A program made the position numbers and the translations under genes. 64,000 nucleotides of DNA from Ignavibacteria bacterium (GTDB lineage: Bacteria > Bacteroidota > Ignavibacteria > Tepidaquicellales > Tepidaquicellaceae): NCBI GenBank assembly GCA_035443185.1, contig DAORRV010000001.1:42191-106190 (forward strand), written 5' to 3'. Below are positions 53,705-61,834 of this stretch, one piece after another. The notes beneath the pieces were generated by a model. The model had not been told where the DNA came from, searched no databases, and saw only the letters and a list, made by a program, of their open reading frames with translations. The number at the start of each line of letters is the position of its first letter. Position 1 is the first letter of the stretch.

Positions 53705-54568
53705 TTATTTGGTTTCTTCGCCAAGCTGAAATCTTACTATGCTGACTATCTCTAAACTGTTATCGTTTGCTTTATTAAATTCTGCGATCAGGTTTTTTAT
53801 TGATTTACCAGATTCATTTATATATTCCTGTTCCAGAAGACAGTTTTCCTGAAAATATCTTTCGATTTTATTATTGACAATTGTCTGTGCTATATTATCA
53901 GGTTTGTTTTCATTCTTTGCCTGCGAAAGATAAATTTCTCTTTCCTTTTCTATAAGATCCTTATCAATGTCCTCACGGTTTACAGCCATAGGGTTCATTG
54001 CAACTATCTGCATAGCAATATTTTTTCCAAGTTTATCTGCATCTTCATTATATGTACCTTTAAGTCCGATCAATGAACCGAGCTTACTGCCAAAATGTAT
54101 ATAGCCGGTAACGAATCCTTCAGGAACATTAATTATTTTTGCTCTTTTAAATTCTGTTCTTTCTCCGACCTTACCCATTATTTCACTTAGCTTATCTTTT
54201 AAAGTAAGACCTTCACTTGTTTTTGAAGAGAGTATTACTTCAAGATCTTCTGAGTTTACACTCAAAGTCACTGCTGCAATAGATTCTGCGAAATTTTGAA
54301 ACTCATCGCCTTTTGATACAAAGTCAGTTTCACAATTGACTTCAATTATAGCACCTGTCTTATGGTCATCGGATATCTTTAATTTTACTGCACCTTCGTT
54401 AGTGATCTTATCAGCTCTTTTGACAGCCATAGCTGCACCTTTTTTTCTCAGCAATTCTATAGCTTTTGAAATCTCACCTTCGGCTTCTTCAAGTGCTTTT
54501 TTACAGTCATTGATTCCGGCACCTGTCTTATTTCTTAATTCTTTTATTAGATCTAATGTAATCTCCAT
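53705..54568 (-). CDS. tsf: Translation elongation factor Ts
   Basis: N-terminal UBA-like 'IKELRNKTGAGINDCKKALEEAEGEISKAIELLRKKG'. Conserved rpsB-tsf-pyrH-frr order. Confidence 0.93.
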   Translation of the reverse strand: MEITLDLIKELRNKTGAGINDCKKALEEAEGEISKAIELLRKKGAAMAVKRADKITNEGAVKLKISDDHKTGAIIEVNCETDFVSKGDEFQNFAESIAAVTLSVNSEDLEVILSSKTSEGLTLKDKLSEIMGKVGERTEFKRAKIINVPEGFVTGYIHFGSKLGSLIGLKGTYNEDADKLGKNIAMQIVAMNPMAVNREDIDKDLIEKEREIYLSQAKNENKPDNIAQTIVNNKIERYFQENCLLEQEYINESGKSIKNLIAEFNKANDNSLEIVSIVRFQLGEETK

Positions 54569-54598
54569 TGTAGTAATTGAATTTGTTTTTAATAAATA

Positions 54599-55339
54599 TT
54601 ATCTCTTTTCTAATTTTTCTTTCATCTCTTCAGATTCGTCTTCAGCTTTTATCTTTGCAACCTGAGTACCGACTATTGCTGCATCTGCAATTGCTTTTGT
54701 GATGATCTGAATTGATTTTACAGCATCATCATTAGCCGGGATCGGATAATCCACAAGATCAGGATCACAGTTTGTATCGACTATTGCGTATACAGGAATG
54801 TTCAGCTTTCTTGCTTCACTTATTGCAATATGCTCTTTTTTAATATCGACTACAAAGATCGCTCCCGGAAGTTTGGTCATACTTACAATTCCGTTAAGAA
54901 CTTTTTCAAGCTTCTCTTTATCTCTCGATAATATAAGTCTTTCCTTTTTTACAAACTGATCGATGGTACCGTCTGTCTCCATCTTTTGAATATTTGTAAG
55001 CTTCTTAATACTTTTTCTTACAGTATTGAAATTGGTCAACATACCGCCGAGCCATCTTTCGCAGACATAAAACGATCCGCTTCTTTCAGCTTCGTCTTTG
55101 ATGATCTGTTTGGCTTGCTTTTTTGTACCAATGAAAAGAACTTTCTTTCCGTCGGTTGAAATTTTTGAGATCGAGTTACATGCTTCGATAAGAAGTTCTA
55201 AAGTCTTCTTAAGATCAATTATATGGATACCGTTTCTTTCCATAAAAATGTATTTCTTCATTTTCGGATCCCATCTTCTTGTAAGATGTCCGAAATGCGA
55301 TCCTGCGAGTAACAGATCTTCGATTTGTACTTGTGTCAA
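54599..55339 (-). CDS. rpsB: 30S ribosomal protein S2
   Basis: '[28 protein letters not shown]'. TTG start preceded by AGGAGG. Confidence 0.95.
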   Translation of the reverse strand: MTQVQIEDLLLAGSHFGHLTRRWDPKMKKYIFMERNGIHIIDLKKTLELLIEACNSISKISTDGKKVLFIGTKKQAKQIIKDEAERSGSFYVCERWLGGMLTNFNTVRKSIKKLTNIQKMETDGTIDQFVKKERLILSRDKEKLEKVLNGIVSMTKLPGAIFVVDIKKEHIAISEARKLNIPVYAIVDTNCDPDLVDYPIPANDDAVKSIQIITKAIADAAIVGTQVAKIKAEDESEEMKEKLEKR

Positions 55340-55638
55340 GATTAATCCTCCTGGGGTTTAAAAAAGTCAGGTCAGAGTTGTTTGAAATTAAGTGTACTGA
55401 AAATAATTGTCTCCTGTGAGAAGATCTTATAATGAAATATTCATTAATTTTTTCAGTTCTTAAATTCCTTCAAAAAAGAATAGACTTTTGTTTTTTCTTC
55501 TATTCCCGTCATCTCTCATTTTACATCCGCTTTTGCGGACACAGGTAAAACAAGATCAGGGAATATGTATTTTTAAATAATGTTAATGTAAACTTTTTTA
55601 CAGCATTGAAAAATATTTCTCCGAAAGAAGTATTTCTA

Positions 55639-56031
55639 TTATCTTTTAGAGAACTGGAATTTCTTTCTCGCTTTTGGCTGTCCGCATTTTTTTCTTTCTA
55701 CAGCTCTCGGGTCACGTGTCATAAGTCCTGCTTTTCTCAATGGACTTTTTAATTCACCGTTAGTTTCTACCAAAGCTCTTGCGATACCAAGTTTGATTGC
55801 ACCTGCCTGTCCGGTAAATCCGCCACCGTTAACGTTAACCTGTGCGTCGAATGTTCCGGTAGTTCCTGTCACCTCAAATGGCTGTAAGATCTCTGTGTAG
55901 AGATTTTCAGTTTTGAAATATTTATTAGCTTCAAGTTTATTGATGCTGATAACTCCGCTGCCGGGTGTTAAAATTACGCGGGCAGTTGATGTTTTTCTTC
56001 TGCCGATCTTTAATGTTGAGTTTGAACTCAT
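55639..56031 (-). CDS. rpsI: 30S ribosomal protein S9
   Basis: '[10 protein letters not shown]', '[19 protein letters not shown]', C-terminal '[11 protein letters not shown]'. Confidence 0.95.
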   Translation of the reverse strand: MSSNSTLKIGRRKTSTARVILTPGSGVISINKLEANKYFKTENLYTEILQPFEVTGTTGTFDAQVNVNGGGFTGQAGAIKLGIARALVETNGELKSPLRKAGLMTRDPRAVERKKCGQPKARKKFQFSKR

Positions 56032-56076
56032 TTATTTGTGTATGTATTAAATAAAATATTTTTAAAATCTGTAAAA

Positions 56077-56538
56077 CTAACTTCTAATTTCAAGTACTTC
56101 AGGATTCTGAGCTGAGTGCGGATGCTCGGTACCGGCATATACTTTAAGTTTGTTTATGAGTTTGTTTCCAAGTTTAGTTTTTGGAAGCATTCTTTTCACT
56201 GCAAGTCTTATGACTCTGTCAGGATGTTTCTGCATCATTTCATTGAAAGTTCTTTTCTTCTGACCGCCCGGATATAGTGAGTGTGTAAAATAAACTTTTT
56301 GCTCTGCTCTCTTGGCTGCGATCTTGATTTTATCTGCATTCAATACTACTACCCAGTCGCCTATATCGGCATTCGGAGTGTACTGCGGATTGTATTTGCC
56401 TCTGATTCTTTTTGCGACTTCACTTGCAAGTCTTCCGAGGATCTTTCCTTCTGCATCCACTACGTACCATTTGTGATCGTTTTCTGATTTAGTAGCGAAT
56501 TTAGTGATCCTGTTTGTCTTTCTTATTCCTGATTTCAT
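56077..56538 (-). CDS. rplM: 50S ribosomal protein L13
   Basis: 'KWYVVDAEGKILGRLASEVAKRIRGK'. Conserved rplM-rpsI pair. Confidence 0.95.
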   Translation of the reverse strand: MKSGIRKTNRITKFATKSENDHKWYVVDAEGKILGRLASEVAKRIRGKYNPQYTPNADIGDWVVVLNADKIKIAAKRAEQKVYFTHSLYPGGQKKRTFNEMMQKHPDRVIRLAVKRMLPKTKLGNKLINKLKVYAGTEHPHSAQNPEVLEIRS

Positions 56539-56833
56539 ATTGATTTTTAATAAGCATTGAAATTACTATTATTACTTTAAATAATCAATGATATGATTAG
56601 TCTTATTCGGAGAAATTTTGAAATAAAGAAGAATAGATGTAGTTTTTAAAACTTAAGCCTTTTATGTAAATAGTGTAAAAAATTATTTAACATTATTAAA
56701 TACAATTCTTCCTAAGCATTATACATCGAACATTAAAAATTGAACATTAAAAACCATATACATGTGAGATGTTCATTCTTACCGGCAATGCTTAGTTTTG
56801 TTATAATTAAAAAACTAAACAAAAGGAGATGTA

Positions 56834-58663
56834 ATGAATTTTCTAAAAACTTTCTTAAAACCCTCAACTGTACTTTTAATACTTATTGTTTTATTTCTAT
56901 TTGCAAAAGGTTCATTTGCTCAGAACTTTGTAAAAGTAACTGATCCAAACAATCCCGTAGTGACTGAAGCTCTCAGCGGAAATTACTTCGGCACAAGCTG
57001 GGTGGATATAGACAATGACAGATTACTGGATCTTTTCATAAATAGAAAAGTGATCTTTAGAAATCTGGGTAACGGTAATTTTGTAAAAATCGAAACTGCT
57101 ATGGCAAATCAAAATACAAATATAGGAAACTCATGGTCAGATTATAACAATGACGGATTGCTCGACTGCTTTGTAACTTCAACAGGCGGACCTTTCTCCT
57201 ATTTATTTAAAAATGAGGGGAACGGTGTGATCAATAAAGTTCAGGCAGGAGACATCAGTGACTCACTAAACAACACCGGCTGGGGCTGCGCATGGGCTGA
57301 TTATAATAATGACGGATTTACTGATCTATTTATAGCTGCTGCAAACGGTTTCGGAAATGTATTTCATCCAAACAGATTTTTTAAAAATAACGGAGACGGC
57401 AGTTTTACAAAACTTGAAGTAGCCGGACTTACAGATACTCTCGCACCTTTTACAATTCCTATCTGGTCAGATTATGATCAGGACGGTGATATGGATCTCT
57501 TCATCGGAAGTGGTCCGGGCGGATCGACTTCTACAGATTTTTTATATAAAAATATGCTGACTGAAACAGGTACATCTGATCTTGTAAGATTAATGACTTC
57601 GCCGATGGCAACTGACCAACTCGATGGTCAGGTCTGGAACTGGATAGATTACGATAACGACGGTGACCTCGATGGATTCATAACTAACTATGCAAACAAT
57701 GTTCCGAATAATCTCTACAGAAATAATAATGGTGTTTATGAAAAAATGCTGGCTGCACAGGTTGGAAATATTGTATCTGATATTGGTTATTATCTTGCAA
57801 ATGTCTGGGGAGACTTTGATAACGACGGTGACCTCGATTGTTTTTTAACGCGTGACGTAGGTCAGCAGAGCCGGTATTATAATAATAACGGGAACGGTAC
57901 TTTTACAAGAATGGATTCTCTTCAGGTGGTAACTCTTTCAGGAGGTAATTACGGAGCAACATCAGGTGATTATGATAATAACGGAACACTTGATCTCTTC
58001 GTGACCGGCAGTACAAATTCAAAAGGCCTTTTTAAAAATGAACTGAGTAACGGAAATAAATGGGTAAACATTAAATGTATAGGATCAGGTCCGTCTAATA
58101 ATTTATCCAATGCTGCAGCGATAGGAACGAGAGTTAAAGCAAAAGCAACCATTAACGGAATTGAAGTCTGGCAGCAGAGAGAAGTCTCGGCGCAGAATTC
58201 TTTTAATTCAATGAATATGCTAAACGTCCATATGGGTTTTGGAAATGCAGCAATAATAGATTCATTGATCATAATCTGGCCAAGAGGACTGAAAGAAGTA
58301 TATACTAAAGTCGGACTCGATGAATTTTATAATGCTGCTGAAGGACAGGGAATTGTCTCCGGAATTGTCTTAGAATCTCAGATACTTCCTGAAGGATTTT
58401 TACTTGAACAGAATTATCCTAATCCGTTTAACCCGTCAACTAAAATAAAATTTTCAATACCTTCAGAAAATAAAAATTTATTGTTCACTCTGAAGATCTT
58501 TGACATACTTGGTAAAGAAGTACAGACACTGTTTACAAAAAAAATATCTCCGGGAAGTTATTCTTATGAATTCAACGGGAATGGTCTGAGCAGCGGTGTA
58601 TATTTTTATAGACTGACTTCAATCGGATTTTCTCAGACCAGGAAAATGGTACTTGCAAAATAA
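56834..58663 (+). CDS. FG-GAP/VCBS repeat + ASPIC/UnbV domain (CRTAC1-like) protein with T9SS C-terminal sorting domain
   Basis: Signal peptide. Repeated 'W.DYDNDGDLD.F' loops. An ASPIC/UnbV-like region ('NKWVNIKCIG...AIGTRVKA...QQREVSAQNSFNSMN...HMGFG'). C-terminus 'NYPNPFNPSTKIKFSIP...GVYFYRL...RKMVLAK'. AAGGAG lies upstream of the ATG. Confidence 0.8.
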   Translation: MNFLKTFLKPSTVLLILIVLFLFAKGSFAQNFVKVTDPNNPVVTEALSGNYFGTSWVDIDNDRLLDLFINRKVIFRNLGNGNFVKIETAMANQNTNIGNSWSDYNNDGLLDCFVTSTGGPFSYLFKNEGNGVINKVQAGDISDSLNNTGWGCAWADYNNDGFTDLFIAAANGFGNVFHPNRFFKNNGDGSFTKLEVAGLTDTLAPFTIPIWSDYDQDGDMDLFIGSGPGGSTSTDFLYKNMLTETGTSDLVRLMTSPMATDQLDGQVWNWIDYDNDGDLDGFITNYANNVPNNLYRNNNGVYEKMLAAQVGNIVSDIGYYLANVWGDFDNDGDLDCFLTRDVGQQSRYYNNNGNGTFTRMDSLQVVTLSGGNYGATSGDYDNNGTLDLFVTGSTNSKGLFKNELSNGNKWVNIKCIGSGPSNNLSNAAAIGTRVKAKATINGIEVWQQREVSAQNSFNSMNMLNVHMGFGNAAIIDSLIIIWPRGLKEVYTKVGLDEFYNAAEGQGIVSGIVLESQILPEGFLLEQNYPNPFNPSTKIKFSIPSENKNLLFTLKIFDILGKEVQTLFTKKISPGSYSYEFNGNGLSSGVYFYRLTSIGFSQTRKMVLAK

Positions 58664-58817
58664 ACATTGAAAACCTGTACTTATGTTCAATCGCCTGATG
58701 GCTCAGAGATCCTAAAATTAAAAAATTTTAAGTAAAGAAATATTCTTATCAATACTCTGAGTCTTTGGGCCATTAAGTGATTAGTTATTTTACTATCAAA
58801 CAATCAGGTGAAACAGA

Positions 58818-60068
58818 TCAATAATAACCGGTTTTAAATTTCCTTTTTTCCGAATACAATACTGCTTTATAACTGAAGTCATTTTTAAAAACATTTGGTT
58901 TTACAAATTCACTTTCATTAAAAAAAGTAATATACTTTCTCACACGCCAGGTAAACTGATAACTCCCATTGTAAAATTCATTTCTTGAAAGATAACTAAG
59001 ATTAGTTTTTCTGTCAGAATTTACTACATAAATATTTAAAAGTGGATTTTCGCTTCTGAATTCTATAACATAAATGCCGGTTCCTGAGCCAAGTGAATAA
59101 GAGAAATTTGTTTTACCGTTAGCACCAAGATAATTATCGGATGGAGTAAATAATTCAGGAGGGGATTCAGGATAGAGCTTTAGATCAGCTCCGGGTGATA
59201 CATAATTTAATCCCGTGTAACCGGATCCGTTGTTATACAAACCGCTTCCTCTTAATAATATTTTATTTGTAATTGATACTTTGTCCGGTACCCAGACTTG
59301 CGTTTTTTCGTTACCTGATGAATTTTCACTAAACTTAATTCCTGAGTTTAAATTGTAATTGAAAAAAAACAGCGACACATCAAATTCAGTTTTAAGATTT
59401 TTTTCAGTAGGCTGATAAACATTTACAAATGAAGTAATAAGCGCGTTTCCCTTTTTTTTACTCACTGTCACTTTTTTATCAACGTCATTTCTGTGAATAC
59501 TAACCTTTGTAAATTTTAAAGTCTGAAATCCTTTCTCATCCTTTAATAAATAAACTACCTGTCCATTAATATAATTTTCAGAAACCGGCCATACTACATG
59601 AATTTTAATTGTTGAATCGCCTGCAACTGCAGTAGCTTCTTTACACTCAAATGTTTCTGTACTTATAAGCTTGACTACTGCGCTGCCTCCATCGGGAATT
59701 TTAGGGAAGGAAATGTTTAACGCGACATAGTTTGAAAATTTATTTTCAAGATCACCGAATAGCACAAGTTCCGGATTGTTAATGGCTAAATTTTTGTATA
59801 TCACAGCAGTAGCAGAAGTTTTTTCAGCAATTGTTACATTATATGGAAAACTTATATTTGGAATAGAAAATTTTCCGGAGTTATCAGTAGTGACTTCTGC
59901 ATTTCCAATATTTACTTTTACTTTAGGAACAGGAAACCTTCTTTCATCCACTACACGCCCGCTGATAAATGCATTTATATCATTCGAATTCCTGCTGTAA
60001 ATTTCTTTATTCTCTGATAATGGAGTTAATACTATAATTAAAAATATTATCCGTAATATATTGTTCAT
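58818..60068 (-). CDS. Secreted hypothetical protein with N-terminal carboxypeptidase-regulatory-like (CarboxypepD_reg) segment
   Basis: Signal peptide. 'ISGRVVDERRFPVPKVKVNIGNAEVTTDNSGKFSIPNI' is a typical CarboxypepD_reg-like strand pattern. The rest is unassigned. Confidence 0.5.
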   Translation of the reverse strand: MNNILRIIFLIIVLTPLSENKEIYSRNSNDINAFISGRVVDERRFPVPKVKVNIGNAEVTTDNSGKFSIPNISFPYNVTIAEKTSATAVIYKNLAINNPELVLFGDLENKFSNYVALNISFPKIPDGGSAVVKLISTETFECKEATAVAGDSTIKIHVVWPVSENYINGQVVYLLKDEKGFQTLKFTKVSIHRNDVDKKVTVSKKKGNALITSFVNVYQPTEKNLKTEFDVSLFFFNYNLNSGIKFSENSSGNEKTQVWVPDKVSITNKILLRGSGLYNNGSGYTGLNYVSPGADLKLYPESPPELFTPSDNYLGANGKTNFSYSLGSGTGIYVIEFRSENPLLNIYVVNSDRKTNLSYLSRNEFYNGSYQFTWRVRKYITFFNESEFVKPNVFKNDFSYKAVLYSEKRKFKTGYY

Positions 60069-60116
60069 TATATAATTTTAATTAAAATAGAATTTTAATA
60101 ATATAAATTGTTAAAA

Positions 60117-61565
60117 TTAATTTTCTAATCTGATGAGCTCAACCTGTTCTTCAAGCCATTTTTTTTCTGTAAATTCCGTACAGTCATATATTTTCTTCTT
60201 AAGGTTTTCAAGTTCGTGTAAATGATCTGAATCGTTTTTGATCTTGTAAAGTTTAACCAATAATGACAGAAAATTTGCAAGTTGTTTTTTATTGTCTTCC
60301 TGTAAATTTTTATTTCTTAAAATGTATTTTTTTGAACTCTCAATTAATGAATTGAACTGTACAGTGTTATTACAATAGTAATGAATTTTCAAAAGTAAAA
60401 TATTCATTTTTGTCCTGTCTTTTACATTTTCAGGAAGCACTTTTGAAAGAAAGCTAAGTGAATTGTCAGTATCACCTTTACGGTAAAACAATTCAGCCAT
60501 ACAAAAATTAAATGAAGATTCCTTGTAATCCGGATGTACAATTTTTTTGTATTTTAAAATAAATTTTTCTGCCCAATCAAATCTTTTCATTTCTAATGCA
60601 TTAACAGCAATTGATTCATAAAAATAATGCGGCATGAAATCATTCCCTTCAAAGTAAGCACCTGATTTGAGCAAATGTTCATTTATAATAAATTTCTCTT
60701 TAATAAAAGAATAATTTCCCTTCGAGATCTGATCGCTGCTGTAATTTATAAGAACAACAAAAATATTTTTTCTGTCTGTTAAAGTTAGAATCCTGTAATG
60801 CCTGAGAAGTAATTTTTTTAATTCATCAAAATAAATTCTCTCATCTGTTTTATACAGCATCACGCAATTGTAAAAGATATTTATATATGGAATTTCTTTA
60901 TAAAGTGTAAAATTGTTTCTGAGGTATTCAATAACAGCATCAAACAATTCGTAATTAAAATTATAATCATAAGTGAACTTAGACTGATTCAGTAAAATTG
61001 CATAAAGTTTTGTAAACTCTGTTAAATAATAAACGTGAAGACTGTCAGACTGATTTTTAAGATTGTCTTCTTTGAAAAGCATTTTACTCGAACTTACAAC
61101 ATGGTTCCTTCGCCATTCATCCTCCAGTAAAAATTTATTTTGAAAATATATTTCATCCCTGGCATTATCAGCATTTAATATCTTATCTGCTCTTTTAAAA
61201 TTTGATTTAAAAAGAGAGATTTGTTTTCTGTTTGTCAGCTCTTTTAAAAGAAGGTACTGTCCGTAAAATTTTTCATTTTCAAAATGTTTTAACTTTACAA
61301 AATTCTCTGTCAGCTTAAGTAAATCAGAAACTGTATTTCTAAACAATGTTTCACTGAATTTCTTCCCGGAAAATATTTTTGAAAAAACAATTCTCCTTTC
61401 TAAATTTTTTTCACTAAAAACCGGATAGATCCTTTTTAGATAATTGTAAAAATTTATCATAACTTTTTCTCTGTTATGATAAGGAGAATTTACAAACATA
61501 CCAAACTCACGAAATTCAGTCTTAGTAAAGGTTTCGATCAAATTTATCAGTTTGCTGTCTTTCAA
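60117..61565 (-). CDS. Cytoplasmic all-helical (TPR-like) hypothetical protein
   Basis: No signal peptide. K/E/L/Y/F-rich helical composition. The track start is a TTG, and the first in-frame ATG is residue 23, so the start is uncertain. Confidence 0.5.
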   Translation of the reverse strand: MKDSKLINLIETFTKTEFREFGMFVNSPYHNREKVMINFYNYLKRIYPVFSEKNLERRIVFSKIFSGKKFSETLFRNTVSDLLKLTENFVKLKHFENEKFYGQYLLLKELTNRKQISLFKSNFKRADKILNADNARDEIYFQNKFLLEDEWRRNHVVSSSKMLFKEDNLKNQSDSLHVYYLTEFTKLYAILLNQSKFTYDYNFNYELFDAVIEYLRNNFTLYKEIPYINIFYNCVMLYKTDERIYFDELKKLLLRHYRILTLTDRKNIFVVLINYSSDQISKGNYSFIKEKFIINEHLLKSGAYFEGNDFMPHYFYESIAVNALEMKRFDWAEKFILKYKKIVHPDYKESSFNFCMAELFYRKGDTDNSLSFLSKVLPENVKDRTKMNILLLKIHYYCNNTVQFNSLIESSKKYILRNKNLQEDNKKQLANFLSLLVKLYKIKNDSDHLHELENLKKKIYDCTEFTEKKWLEEQVELIRLEN

Positions 61566-61834
61566 AATTTTACATTTGTTATTAAGAAATTTGCACCTGT
61601 TTCATCCTACATTCAATGAAAATTGTCTTTTTGAACTTAGGTGAAAAACATTTAAGTTTGTATTAGAATTATTTCCTGTGAGAAGAAAATAAAATTAATC
61701 CATTCGAAACGATTATCCTTTCTCACAGGTCAGGTAAAAGTCCTCTTAATCTCATTTATAAAGAGGACTTAAAACCTGAAAAATCCAAAAACAATTATAG
61801 AAATAAAATTATTCAAAATAAACTCTTTAATATT

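Noticed and set aside
55412-55433. Exact 12-mer 'cctgtgagaaga' shared between the rpsB leader (55413-55424) and the 60117-61565 upstream region (61675-61686), each with a downstream 'cacagg' complement
   Set aside because: In 64 kb of AT-rich DNA, hundreds of exact 12-mer coincidences are expected. The flanking similarity (7 of 11) is no better than the composition predicts.
56740-56943. 67-aa plus-strand ORF overlapping the start of the FG-GAP/ASPIC gene
   Set aside because: It is out of frame with the well-supported 56834 start, which has an AAGGAG Shine-Dalgarno sequence and a signal peptide. Its peptide is Cys/Phe/Lys-rich and implausible.
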